A stretch of 64,000 nucleotides of DNA from an uncultured bacterium. GTDB taxonomy: Bacteria > Krumholzibacteriota > Krumholzibacteriia > Krumholzibacteriales > Krumholzibacteriaceae. The notes beneath the pieces were generated by a model. It worked only from the letters and a program-made list of their open reading frames with translations, did not search any database and was not told the DNA's origin. Positions 28,077 through 37,304 of this stretch are shown in pieces. The position numbers and the translations under genes are program-made. Where the stretch lies: the NCBI GenBank assembly GCA_963786935.1, contig CAWBAN010000004.1, positions 192,001 through 256,000 of the forward strand, written 5' to 3'. How positions within the stretch are numbered: the stretch's first letter is position 1; each line of letters begins with the position of its first letter.

Positions 28077-28631
28077 ATGAGGAAACTGTTATTGATATCG
28101 GCGGTTATCGCCGTCGCGGCGTGCGGGGCCCATGCTCTGCCGCCGAAACCCTATTTCGGGATCTATGCGGATGCGAGCCATTTGATTCAATCGGTGACGC
28201 CCGCCGTCTACAGCCAGTTTTCGGTCTGGTTCTGGTGCCTGCCGTCCGAGAACGGCCTGCAGGCCATCATGTTCCGTATGACCTATCCTTCGAACGTCGT
28301 CGTTCTCTCGTCCGTAAAAAATCCGGGCACAATTGTCGCCTTGGGTTGCCCGTACACATACGAGCCGGGTTTCTGCGCGATCTTCCCGGAGGGATCATGC
28401 CAGACGGACTGGGTATGGACCATTAATCTGACTTGCATGGTCCTGACCAATCAGCCGGGCTTCATCGAGGTCGGCCCGCTGTCGTATCAGAGCGTGCTGG
28501 AAGCCACAACCTGCCAGCCGGGCTATCCCATCGAGCCGGTAACGATACTCAACGAGTTCGGCATCAATCAGGACGCCGTAATCGGCGTCGAGCCCGAGAC
28601 GTGGGGAGAGATAAAGAGCCTCTACCGGTGA
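28077..28631 (+). CDS. Small secreted protein with C-terminal TWGxIKxLY motif
   Basis: RBS AAGGAG, signal peptide ending GAHA-LP, beta-rich Cys-containing body, ends VEPETWGEIKSLYR. Confidence 0.8.
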   Translation: MRKLLLISAVIAVAACGAHALPPKPYFGIYADASHLIQSVTPAVYSQFSVWFWCLPSENGLQAIMFRMTYPSNVVVLSSVKNPGTIVALGCPYTYEPGFCAIFPEGSCQTDWVWTINLTCMVLTNQPGFIEVGPLSYQSVLEATTCQPGYPIEPVTILNEFGINQDAVIGVEPETWGEIKSLYR

Positions 28632-28707
28632 ATCCGCCACCATAGAGATATCCGATCGCGGGCGCGGCGTTTATCCATCCAATTTATCCCCCCGGCGACG
28701 ATGCGTG

Positions 28708-28722
28708 TGGCCCCGTTCTTGC
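28708..28722 (+). promoter_or_regulatory. Putative sigma54 (-24/-12) promoter of the multiheme cytochrome gene
   Basis: TGGC-CCCGTTC-TTGC has the exact GG-N10-GC spacing and lies about 72 nt upstream of ATG 28795. Confidence 0.5.
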
Positions 28723-28794
28723 CACATTCTATTGCGGAATAGCAGTGCGCTTCCTCGTTGCATCCATAACTGCATCTAGGAAAGGAGGTTGCGC

Positions 28795-31473
28795 ATGCTC
28801 CGCCGCTTCGCCCGCAGGCGTTTTCCGGCGCTCCGCGCCGCGAAATGCCATGTTTTCCCCCTTATATTCGCATTATCGCTTTTGGCGATCGACGCCCATG
28901 CGCGGCATCCGATCCGGGCCGATTTCTTCGCGATATATCCGCAGGCGGCGGGAACACAGCTCGACGATCTGCCGGGCAACTCGATGCACTGCGGGGTGTG
29001 CCATTTCAGCTTCAAAGGCGGAGGCCCGCGCAATCCTTACGGATTCCGCGTCGAGGTGTGGCTCAAGAACGGCTTATCGAATAATGAGGCGATTCTCGCG
29101 GCGGACGGCGAGGATTCCGACGGCGACGGCTTCAGCAACCATTTCGAGGTGACCGACCTCGTCAGCTTCTCCAACACGCCGACATTCCCCGGCCTCACGG
29201 AGTCGAACAAGGCGTTCGCGCGCAATATCGCGCTTTCCGAAATCGAACCGTATCTCACGCCGAACGGCGGGACGGATGCGACGCCCCCGGATGTCGCCGT
29301 TCTCTCGCCGAACGGGGGAGAGGCGATGGCCGCCGGGGCCTATTTCGAAATCGGCTACTCGGCGACGGATGCGAGCGGCGTTTCGCATGTGAACTTCTAT
29401 ATATCCGATGACGGCGGTCTCACCTACGAGCCGATCGGCGTTTCCGTCGTGCCCGGGGCGGCCTTCTCGTGGTTCGTGCCGAACCTTCCCGGCGGCGTGA
29501 CGAGGATCAAGGTCGTCGCGTACGATCTTTCGGGGAACGCGGGATCCGACGCGAGCGATTTCGACTTCACGATCATCGCGCAGCCGGCCGGATACGTGCC
29601 GTCCACGTTCCGCGACCTGAAGCTCGCGGGCACGCAGCCCCACGAAGGGGCCGTTCTCGACGATCCCGAGACGTGCAAGACGTGCCACGGGAACTACGAT
29701 GCCGCGCACGAGCCGTGGTTCAACCAGCGCGGAAGCCTCATGGGCCAGGCGGCGCGCGATCCGTTCTTCAACGCCTGCATGGCGATTGCCGAGCAGGACG
29801 CACCGTCGGTCGGAGACCTGTGCATCAGATGCCATTCGCCGGGCGGATGGCAGGAGGGGCGCTCCGTCGACACGGACGGCGGTATGCTGACCGCCAAGGA
29901 CCGGCACGGCGTGCAGTGCGATTTCTGCCACCGTCTCGTCGATTACAATTATTCGCCGGGCCTGAGTCCCGCGCAGGATTCGACCGTTCTCGCGGCGATC
30001 TCGCCGCTGCCGCTCCAGTACGGGAACGGCCAGTTCATCAACGACCCGATGCCGCTCCGTCGCGGGCCCTACGCGGACGCCGATGCGAACCACGCGTTCG
30101 TGCATTCGCCGTTCCATCGGTCGGCGGATCTATGCGGCACCTGCCACGACGTGAGCAACCCGGCGTTTTCGAACGCCGGGCCCGGCGACTACGCGCCGAA
30201 CGCGTTCGACGCCGAGCATCCCGATATGAACCTGCGAAACATGATGCCGGTCGAGCGCACGTTCAGCGAATGGTCGCGGAGCGAGTTCGCGTCGATTGGT
30301 GTATACGCGCCGCAGCTGGCGGGCGCCAAGCTCGATGGGATCGTTTCGACGTGCCAGGATTGCCACATGCGCGACGTGAACGCGCGCGGCTGCAATATCA
30401 ACGGGGTGAAAGCGCGCGCCGATCTCCCGCTCCACGATCTCACGGGGGGCAACACCTTCGTGACCGATATCGTGGCGTCCTTTTATCCGGGCGAGACCGA
30501 TGCCGCGCAGCTCGCTGCCGCGAAGGACCGCGCGACCGCGATGATTCAGCTCGCCGCCACGCTCGAGCTCGTCCCACGGGATTACGGCGTGGACGTGCGG
30601 GTGACGAATCAGACGGGGCACAAGCTGCCGTCGGGATATCCGGAAGGCAGGCGCGTGTGGATCAACGTCCGGGCGTACGACGCGGCCGGCGGGCTCGTCC
30701 TCGAATCGGGCTCGTACGATTTCTCGTCGGCCGTGCTGACGCGCGACCCGCAGGCGAAGGTGTACGAAGTGCGCCCGGGGCTCTCGCCGGCGCTCGCGGC
30801 GGCGCTCGGCATGCCGGCGGGACCGTCGTTCCATTTCGTGCTCAGCGACACCATCTTTTCGGACAACCGGATCCCGCCGCGCGGATTCGCGAACGCAGGA
30901 TTCCGGGAGATCCAGTCGCCGCCGGTCCATTACGCGTACGCCGACGGCCAGTTCTGGGATATAACGCCGTATCGTCTGCCCCTGACGGCCGATTCGGTCC
31001 GGGTCACGCTTTACTATCAGACGACGAGCAAGGAGTACATCGAGTTCCTGCGCGACGCCAATACGACGAACGGCGCCGGGCGGAGTCTCTATGACGCGTG
31101 GGTCGCGCAGGGCAAGGCGGCGCCCGTCGTCATGGCGCAGGCGGGGGCGAAGCTGAACGTGACGGTCACCGCGGCCGACGAGCGGCGCGCGCCGCTGAGC
31201 TACGAGCTCTCGCAGAACTATCCGAATCCCTTCAACCCGGTAACGAAGATCGCGTACTCGCTCGCCGCACGCGAGCGGGTGACCATCGCCGTCTATAACG
31301 TGAAGGGCGCCCGCGTGCGAACCATCGTCGACGCGGTTCAGGAGCCGAGCAGGTACGCGGTGCAGTGGGACGGGAGAAATGACGCCGGCGCGGCGGTGCC
31401 GTCCGGCATGTATTTCATACGCTACAAGGCCGGCTCATACTCGTTCACGAAGAAAGCGGTGCTCCTGCGGTAG
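28795..31473 (+). CDS. Six-heme c-type cytochrome with Ig-like domain and FlgD-Ig/T9SS-like C-terminal domain
   Basis: CxxCH x6: CGVCH, CKTCH, CIRCH, CDFCH, CGTCH, CQDCH. Also GHKLPSGYPEGRR, a VLSPNGGE Ig-like module and a QNYPNPFNP...SGMYFIRY...KAVLLR tail. RBS AAAGGAGG. Confidence 0.9.
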   Translation: MLRRFARRRFPALRAAKCHVFPLIFALSLLAIDAHARHPIRADFFAIYPQAAGTQLDDLPGNSMHCGVCHFSFKGGGPRNPYGFRVEVWLKNGLSNNEAILAADGEDSDGDGFSNHFEVTDLVSFSNTPTFPGLTESNKAFARNIALSEIEPYLTPNGGTDATPPDVAVLSPNGGEAMAAGAYFEIGYSATDASGVSHVNFYISDDGGLTYEPIGVSVVPGAAFSWFVPNLPGGVTRIKVVAYDLSGNAGSDASDFDFTIIAQPAGYVPSTFRDLKLAGTQPHEGAVLDDPETCKTCHGNYDAAHEPWFNQRGSLMGQAARDPFFNACMAIAEQDAPSVGDLCIRCHSPGGWQEGRSVDTDGGMLTAKDRHGVQCDFCHRLVDYNYSPGLSPAQDSTVLAAISPLPLQYGNGQFINDPMPLRRGPYADADANHAFVHSPFHRSADLCGTCHDVSNPAFSNAGPGDYAPNAFDAEHPDMNLRNMMPVERTFSEWSRSEFASIGVYAPQLAGAKLDGIVSTCQDCHMRDVNARGCNINGVKARADLPLHDLTGGNTFVTDIVASFYPGETDAAQLAAAKDRATAMIQLAATLELVPRDYGVDVRVTNQTGHKLPSGYPEGRRVWINVRAYDAAGGLVLESGSYDFSSAVLTRDPQAKVYEVRPGLSPALAAALGMPAGPSFHFVLSDTIFSDNRIPPRGFANAGFREIQSPPVHYAYADGQFWDITPYRLPLTADSVRVTLYYQTTSKEYIEFLRDANTTNGAGRSLYDAWVAQGKAAPVVMAQAGAKLNVTVTAADERRAPLSYELSQNYPNPFNPVTKIAYSLAARERVTIAVYNVKGARVRTIVDAVQEPSRYAVQWDGRNDAGAAVPSGMYFIRYKAGSYSFTKKAVLLR

Positions 31474-31480
31474 CGGCCCG

Positions 31481-32356
31481 CTACTCGACCGCGGCCAAAA
31501 GACGGATCTCCTCGGTGACACCTTCCGCGAACGATCTCGGCGCATAGCCGAGATCCCCGGCAGCTTCCGAGAAATCGTATCGCTTGTCCTCGCGGAGCCG
31601 CTCGATCTGCTCCCGGCTGACGGGGGCACGGGGGAGCAGCTTCTCCATCGCGCCCGCGGCCGTCTCGGCGAGCGCGATCGGAAACGGCACGACGACGGCT
31701 TTCTTGCCGAGCTTTCCCGCGATGACGGCGACGATCTCCCGCAGCGAGTGCGCGCTCCCGCCCGGCACGTCGTAGCTCTTGCCGGCGCTCGCCGGCGTCT
31801 TGAGGGCGGCGAGCACGCACGAGGCGAGATCGTCCACGTGCACCGGCTGAAAGACCGATTTTCCGCCGCCGGGCAGCGGCACGACTCCGTATTTCGCCAC
31901 GAGCCTGATGAGCTTCGAGATGTTCCGGTCCTCGGGAGTGCCGTAGATCATGGTCGGCCGGAGGATCGTGTATGAAACCCCCGATCGCGCGATCGCGCGC
32001 TCGGCCTCTTCGATCTCCTTCGCTCTATCCCAGGTTTTCGAATAGACGCGCGTCGAGCTCACGGCTATGAGCCGCTTCATCCCGCGGCATCCTTCGAGCA
32101 CCGCCGGCGCGTGGAATATCGACGAGATATGGATGACGACGGGCTCTCCCCGGTAGACCTTCCGGAGGCTCTCGGCGCTCGAGGCGTCCCCGCCGGCGAT
32201 CCGCACTCCGAACGGCAGCAGCCGCTCGCCGCGCCCCCCGGGACGGCAGAGCCCCGTGATCCGCGCGTCGCGGAAAGCCTCGTCCGCCGCGAGGCGCCGC
32301 AGCACCGCCTGGCCGGTGTTCCCCGTGCCCCCCGTGATGAAGATCGACTCCGGCAT
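31481..32356 (-). CDS. NAD-dependent epimerase/dehydratase (atypical SDR)
   Basis: IFITGGTGNTG, TILRPTMIYG and FQPVHVDDLA. Start MPESIF at 32356. Confidence 0.85.
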   Translation of the reverse strand: MPESIFITGGTGNTGQAVLRRLAADEAFRDARITGLCRPGGRGERLLPFGVRIAGGDASSAESLRKVYRGEPVVIHISSIFHAPAVLEGCRGMKRLIAVSSTRVYSKTWDRAKEIEEAERAIARSGVSYTILRPTMIYGTPEDRNISKLIRLVAKYGVVPLPGGGKSVFQPVHVDDLASCVLAALKTPASAGKSYDVPGGSAHSLREIVAVIAGKLGKKAVVVPFPIALAETAAGAMEKLLPRAPVSREQIERLREDKRYDFSEAAGDLGYAPRSFAEGVTEEIRLLAAVE

Positions 32357-32358
32357 AG

Positions 32359-33420
32359 CTATTCCGCCGCGATGCAGTGGTGAACGAGGTAATCGTGGAG
32401 GGCTCGTGCGGCGACCTCGTGGCCGGCCGCGTTCCAGTGCCCTTCGAAGCGATAGTAGGTCTGGAGCCCCTCCCCCTTGGCTGCGTCGAAGGGAGGCGCG
32501 AGGTCGAGGACGCGGATGCCGCGCGTTTCGCAGTGCGCGATCATCTCCGCCGTCCACCGCGCGGCGTCTCCCGTCCGCGGCGGGGGCATGAACATGACGA
32601 CGAATTCGCTCCCGTTGCGCTCGCACGAGCGCTCGAAGGCGTCGAGCAGATGGCGGGTTATCGCGTTGTGCCGCGACACGACGCTGTCCGGCTTCGCCGC
32701 TTGCGACACCTTCCGGTTCAGCTCGCGGTAGTTCATCGCGGCCACCCGGTATCGCACGAGATTGAGCAGATGCGAGCGGGAGGAGAGATACCGGTAGCCG
32801 GGCACGAACCGGGTGAATCGCTGGATGCCGCGCGCCCGTGTCCGGACCGCGTCGTGCCTGACGAGCGTATCGTTCTCGATCGTGTAGAGCCCCGAGGAGA
32901 TATTGTCGAAGAAGTCGTTCGCCGGGCAGAAACAGACGACGACGATGTCCGGCGAATATCGGCGCCCCTCGGTTTCGTAGCGGGCGAGCTGGTGCGCCGT
33001 TCCGGTGCTCCCGATGCCGGCGTTGAGGACCTCCCAGCGGGAGCCGCCCGCGGCGCTGTCGTCGAGGGACCGCTCGAGGAGCTTGGCGAACGTCTCGCCT
33101 ACCTCGACGCCGTACCCGAAGGTGAACGAATCGCCGAGGCAGAGGACCCGCCGCGTTCCCGGGGGCTTTTCATAGGGGAACTCCCGGTCGCGCAGCCCCT
33201 TCGAGTTGATCGCTATTCGGATCGAGTATTCGGGGCACGAGAGCTTCCCCGTGAGCCCCGGGATGAGCCTCGTGCCCGTCTCGCGGTCCCATTCGTTGAC
33301 GCAGATGCCCATGTTGCGCTGGGGGCTGACGATGCGGACGCCGATCTCGAGGAGAACGAGGGCGGAGCAGACGATCACGACGGCGGCCAGCACTCCGAAT
33401 ATCGCCGATTTCATGCGCAT
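32359..33420 (-). CDS. SGNH/GDSL hydrolase family protein, membrane-anchored
   Basis: N-terminal TM, INSKGLRD, LGDSFTFG, LNAG, ND and EGHWNAAGH. Confidence 0.88.
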   Translation of the reverse strand: MRMKSAIFGVLAAVVIVCSALVLLEIGVRIVSPQRNMGICVNEWDRETGTRLIPGLTGKLSCPEYSIRIAINSKGLRDREFPYEKPPGTRRVLCLGDSFTFGYGVEVGETFAKLLERSLDDSAAGGSRWEVLNAGIGSTGTAHQLARYETEGRRYSPDIVVVCFCPANDFFDNISSGLYTIENDTLVRHDAVRTRARGIQRFTRFVPGYRYLSSRSHLLNLVRYRVAAMNYRELNRKVSQAAKPDSVVSRHNAITRHLLDAFERSCERNGSEFVVMFMPPPRTGDAARWTAEMIAHCETRGIRVLDLAPPFDAAKGEGLQTYYRFEGHWNAAGHEVAARALHDYLVHHCIAAE

Positions 33421-33452
33421 GCCGTCTCACCGCGCGGGCGCGGAGCCGCCTT

Positions 33453-33857
33453 TCAGAGCGCTTTCACCGTTTCGATCGTGAACGCCGGCGGATTCATGAT
33501 GTGCTTCTTCACCGTGCAGAGATCGACCGCGCGGATGAGGGAGTCCTTGTACTTGTCCGGGAAATCCTTCGGCAGCTCGATCCGCAGCGCGACGCTCGTG
33601 ACCATGTGCGTTTCCGGATCGCGCTTCATCGTCTGGACGACGCGGACGTTCTCGAGGGATATGCCGCGGTTTGTGCAGAAATCGAGCACGTAAACGCCGC
33701 TGCACGTGCCGATCGAGGCGAGAAACAGGTCGAACGGGGACGGCGCCGAGCCGTCACCGCCGTTCGTGACGGGCTGGTCGGTCTTGATCGTGAATCCCTT
33801 ATACGAGGCGTCGACCTTCTTTTTGCCGGGGAACGATACGGCGAGCTCCATATCCAT
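33453..33857 (-). CDS. OsmC family protein
   Basis: TDQPVTNGGDGSAPSPFDLFLASIGTC...CTVKKHI. The real start is ATG 33857; the longer track ORF runs through the tRNA. Confidence 0.88.
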   Translation of the reverse strand: MDMELAVSFPGKKKVDASYKGFTIKTDQPVTNGGDGSAPSPFDLFLASIGTCSGVYVLDFCTNRGISLENVRVVQTMKRDPETHMVTSVALRIELPKDFPDKYKDSLIRAVDLCTVKKHIMNPPAFTIETVKAL

Positions 33858-33897
33858 GTGCCCCTCCCGCGCCGGAAGAAGAATTGGAAGAAGAAAA

Positions 33898-33980
33898 TGC
33901 CTGAGGGGGGATTTGAACCCCCACGGGGAATCCCCACTGCGCCCTGAACGCAGCGCGTCTACCAGTTCCACCACTCAGGC
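33898..33980 (-). tRNA. tRNA-Leu (anticodon CAG)
   Basis: GCCTGAGTGGTGGAACTGGTAGACGCGCTGCGTTCAGGGCGCAG...GGGGGTTCAAATCCCCCCTCAGGCA. It has acceptor stem, D loop, CTGCG/CGCAG anticodon stem, long variable arm and TTC loop. CCA is not encoded. Confidence 0.95.
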
Positions 33981-34009
33981 ACACAGGCATTTTCCGAACG
34001 CAAAGCACA

Positions 34010-34038
34010 AGGATAATTGAAAATGGGGGGCGTGTCAA
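34010..34038 (-). promoter_or_regulatory. sigma70-type promoter for tRNA-Leu and downstream genes
   Basis: TTGACA-N17-TATCCT. Confidence 0.65.
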
Positions 34039-34173
34039 GGTCGGGAACCGGCGCGGCGCGGATCTCCTTCCCGGGGGCTGGCGGCCGCCCGTTCCGGGGG
34101 CTTTGCCCTTGCGTGGGGAGAACGGTTCGTACTAGGATGCGGGCACGTCGGCTCGAAACAAAGGAGGAGCAGT

Positions 34174-34770
34174 ATGAAGAAACTCTTGATCCCGGTTCTG
34201 TGTCTCATGTTCCTCGCCGCGTGCGGCGGACCGGCCACGAAGGAGATCGATATCGACACCGATACGGCCGAGAACGCCGATTTCTCGAGCGCCGATCTCG
34301 CGACGATCACGGACGGCATGATGCACTCGATCGCGGAGAACGGTTTTATCATGCAGTACAAGGCGGCGAACGCCGGCCAGAAGCCGGTCATGCTCCTCGC
34401 GAAAGAGCTCAAGAACGACACGGACGAGCACATCAACACGAGGCTCATTCTCGAAAAGATGCGTACCCGAATGATCAACGAGGGGCTCGCGGATTTCGTC
34501 GACGATCAGGCCTTCGACATGGCGCTCGAGCAGCTCAACCTGCAGGCGTCCGATCTCTACGACAACGCGAAGGCGGCGAAGATCGGCAATTTCGTCGGGG
34601 CGAAGCACGTGCTCCGCGGCACGATCAGCAACATCCGCAAGATCGACGGACGTCAGAACTACAACTACATAAACGTGACGATGGACATCTTCGAGGTCGA
34701 AACGCTCCTCATCAAGTGGACCGACGAGGTCGAGTTCAAGCGCGTCTCGACGAAGGGCTCGATGCGATAG
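34174..34770 (+). CDS. LpoB-like lipoprotein (PBP activator family)
   Basis: Lipobox FLAAC, FSSADL, KNDTDEHIN, AAKIGNFVGA and IKWTDE. Confidence 0.75.
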   Translation: MKKLLIPVLCLMFLAACGGPATKEIDIDTDTAENADFSSADLATITDGMMHSIAENGFIMQYKAANAGQKPVMLLAKELKNDTDEHINTRLILEKMRTRMINEGLADFVDDQAFDMALEQLNLQASDLYDNAKAAKIGNFVGAKHVLRGTISNIRKIDGRQNYNYINVTMDIFEVETLLIKWTDEVEFKRVSTKGSMR

Positions 34771-34827
34771 TCTCCGCGGCGGCGGGCCGGCTCGGCCGAA
34801 CCGGCCCGCGGATCCGTGGGAGGTGCC

Positions 34828-36096
34828 ATGCGGAAGGCCTTCTGCGCGGCGCTGCTCCTGTTCGCGGTCGCCTGCGCGACCTACACGGCGACGCTGGAGC
34901 ATTCGCGCGATCTCTACTACGACGCGAGCTACGACGCGGCGCTCTCGAGCCTCGACAAGCTCGTCGCCGACTCGTCGGACCGCGACTATTACCTCCTGCT
35001 CCTCGAGCGCGGCAAGGTGCACCTCGCCGCGGGCAACTACGACTCCGCGATCGTCGATCTGCAGGCGGCCGAGCGGCGGTTCCTCGAAATCGAATCGACG
35101 ATCTCGGTCGCCGGCGCCATCCAGAGCGTCATCGTCAATCCGACGATGGGGGAGTACGAGAGCGAGCCGCACGAGAAGATCATGATCTCCTCGTACCTGC
35201 TCCTCGCCTACTGGCTCAAGGGGGACCGCGAGGGGGCCCTCGTCGAGCGGAACCGTCTCGTCGGACGGCTCGAGCAGCACGTGAACGGTCTCTCGGACGA
35301 GGACCGCGCACGGTTCGACGTGCCCTTCGCCCGCTACCTCGCCGCCGTGCTGTACGAGATCGAGGGGCGGGCCGACGACGCGAGGATCGAGTACGAGGCG
35401 ATCAACCGCATCATGCCGGGGACGGCGCCGGATACGGTCAATGCGAACCTGCGCGAGCTCGTCGTGTTCGCCGAGATGGGCCGCGCGCCGGTCAAGGTCT
35501 CGACCGAGATCCGCGGCTACCTGCAGAAGGACGGGGGGAACCTCGTCGGATTTTTCAACCTTCCCGGCGAATCCGCTCCCCAGATGTTCTTTCTCCCCGG
35601 CTTCGACGATCTGTCGCTCGAACAGTCCGGGGTGCTGTTCACCTTCGCCTTCCCGCGGTGCGTGAAGCAGGAACGGATCGTGCACGGCGGCCGGCTCGTG
35701 ATCGACGGGATGGAGGCGGGAGAGATGGCCGCCCTCGACGATCTCGAGGCGACCGCCTTCGCCGTGTACAAGAAGGAGCTCGGCCCGACGCTCATCAAGG
35801 CCGCGTTCAGAACCTATCTCAAGACGCTCGCTCAGACGAAGCTCGCCGACGGCGACGACGGCAAGGCCTTCGCGTTCGACGTCATCGGCAAGCTGTTCGC
35901 CGCCGTCGATCGGGCCGATACGCGTTCGTGGCAGACGCTCCCCGCCGAGATCGTGTTCTACCGGATGGAGTGTCCGCCCGGCACGCACACGGTGCGAGTG
36001 AGGTATTTCGGGGAGGACGGCGAGCCCGTCGGCGCGTCGAGCGAGGTGGAGTTCGAGATGAGGGGCGACTCGAAGAGCGTCGTTTTTCTGCCGTGA
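34828..36096 (+). CDS. TPR lipoprotein, COG3014-like
   Basis: Lipobox AVAC, LLLLERG, YESEPHEKIM and RADTRSWQTLP. Adjacent to the LpoB-like gene. Confidence 0.7.
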   Translation: MRKAFCAALLLFAVACATYTATLEHSRDLYYDASYDAALSSLDKLVADSSDRDYYLLLLERGKVHLAAGNYDSAIVDLQAAERRFLEIESTISVAGAIQSVIVNPTMGEYESEPHEKIMISSYLLLAYWLKGDREGALVERNRLVGRLEQHVNGLSDEDRARFDVPFARYLAAVLYEIEGRADDARIEYEAINRIMPGTAPDTVNANLRELVVFAEMGRAPVKVSTEIRGYLQKDGGNLVGFFNLPGESAPQMFFLPGFDDLSLEQSGVLFTFAFPRCVKQERIVHGGRLVIDGMEAGEMAALDDLEATAFAVYKKELGPTLIKAAFRTYLKTLAQTKLADGDDGKAFAFDVIGKLFAAVDRADTRSWQTLPAEIVFYRMECPPGTHTVRVRYFGEDGEPVGASSEVEFEMRGDSKSVVFLP

Positions 36097-36125
36097 TCGC
36101 GGGCCGCGTCCGCGGGCCGCGCCCC

Positions 36126-36707
36126 CTATTCCGGCGATCTCCGGAGCAGCTCCGCCGCCTTCGGCGCGAGCGACTCGTTGATCTTGACGATCCGCCGGAG
36201 CGTTTCGCGCGTCCGCGCGGTGTCCCCCTCGGCGGCGTAAACGTGGGCGAGGTACCAGGCGTATTTCTCCTCGTAGGGCTTCTCGCTCGATTCCGCTTCG
36301 AGATACGGCGCGGCCCGGTCGGGGCGGCCGCGATAGAACTCGGCGAGCCCGAGGTAGAAGCGGAGATCCTCGGGGTAGGATTTCATTCTCCCCTCGCGGA
36401 TCTCGACGCTCCAGTAGAAATGCACCTTCGCGAGGATGCGCGCCGCCGCCTCGTAATCCTTCCCCCCGAAGCTGCGCAGCGCGTCGTTCATCAGCGAATC
36501 GGTGGCGGCGAATCCGGAAGCATAGCGCTTCATGGCGAGCGGCGGCTCGACCGTCGGGACGGCCGCGGGTTCCGGCTTCTTGCCCCGGAGCACGGGAATG
36601 AGGATCGCGAGCAGGATGACGATCATCCCGACCGGCATGAGCCGGGGGATATACGTGGGCTTGAGGCCTTTCTTCTTCGTGTCGCCGTTCTGCGTGGCGT
36701 CGCTCAT
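36126..36707 (-). CDS. Hypothetical membrane-anchored TPR-like protein
   Basis: Start MSDATQ after GAGGAG, one TM, and helical FYLGLAEF / WYLAHVY segments. Confidence 0.65.
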   Translation of the reverse strand: MSDATQNGDTKKKGLKPTYIPRLMPVGMIVILLAILIPVLRGKKPEPAAVPTVEPPLAMKRYASGFAATDSLMNDALRSFGGKDYEAAARILAKVHFYWSVEIREGRMKSYPEDLRFYLGLAEFYRGRPDRAAPYLEAESSEKPYEEKYAWYLAHVYAAEGDTARTRETLRRIVKINESLAPKAAELLRRSPE

Positions 36708-36845
36708 GTTCCGCTCCTCGCGTCGGGTGTGCGAGAATACTAATGACATCGACCCGCGCGGCGCAAGGCTGAAGTGGAGCCGGGCCCTGCGCGCGGGGCT
36801 TTTCTCCTTGCGGGCCCAGGGGTTCTTTGATAGTTTTCCCCTGTC

Positions 36846-37304
36846 ATGAAAGCCATTTGCACCAACCGGAAAGCGCGCCACGACTACAATATCGTCGAGA
36901 CGATGGAAACGGGCATCGTTCTCGTCGGCACGGAGGTCAAATCGCTTCGCGACGGCCAGGCGAACCTCAAGGATTCGTACGCGAGCGTGGACCGGGGGGA
37001 GCTCTGGCTCCACAACACGCACATCAGCCCCTATTCGAAGGGCAACCGGAACAACCACGATCCGACGAGGAAGCGGAAGCTCCTCGCGCACGACCGGGAG
37101 ATCCGCCGCCTCATCGGGCGGGTGCAGGAGAAGGGATTCACGCTCGTGCCGCTCAAGCTCTATTTCAACGACGCGGGCAAGGTGAAGGTCGAGCTCGGTC
37201 TCGCCAAGGGAAAGCGGGAGATCGACAAGCGCCGCGCCATCGCCGATCGCGACGCCGATCGCGACATGCGGCGCGAGCTCAAGGAGCGTGAGCGAAAGAA
37301 ATGA
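36846..37304 (+). CDS. smpB: SsrA-binding protein
   Basis: NRKARHDY, GIVLVGTEVKSLR, RKRKLL, LVPLKLYF and GLAKGK..DKR. Confidence 0.97.
   Translation: MKAICTNRKARHDYNIVETMETGIVLVGTEVKSLRDGQANLKDSYASVDRGELWLHNTHISPYSKGNRNNHDPTRKRKLLAHDREIRRLIGRVQEKGFTLVPLKLYFNDAGKVKVELGLAKGKREIDKRRAIADRDADRDMRRELKERERKK

Noticed and set aside
28795..28900. Tat signal on the multiheme cytochrome (MLRRFARRRF)
   Set aside because: It does not fit S/T-R-R-x-F-L-K well, and c-type cytochromes are normally Sec-exported before heme attachment.
33858..33974. N-terminal extension of the OsmC ORF
   Set aside because: It reads through tRNA-Leu. The real start is ATG 33857 with RBS GGGAGGGG.
36708..36845. tmRNA (ssrA) next to smpB
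   Set aside because: The gap is too short and has no tRNA-Ala-like ends.
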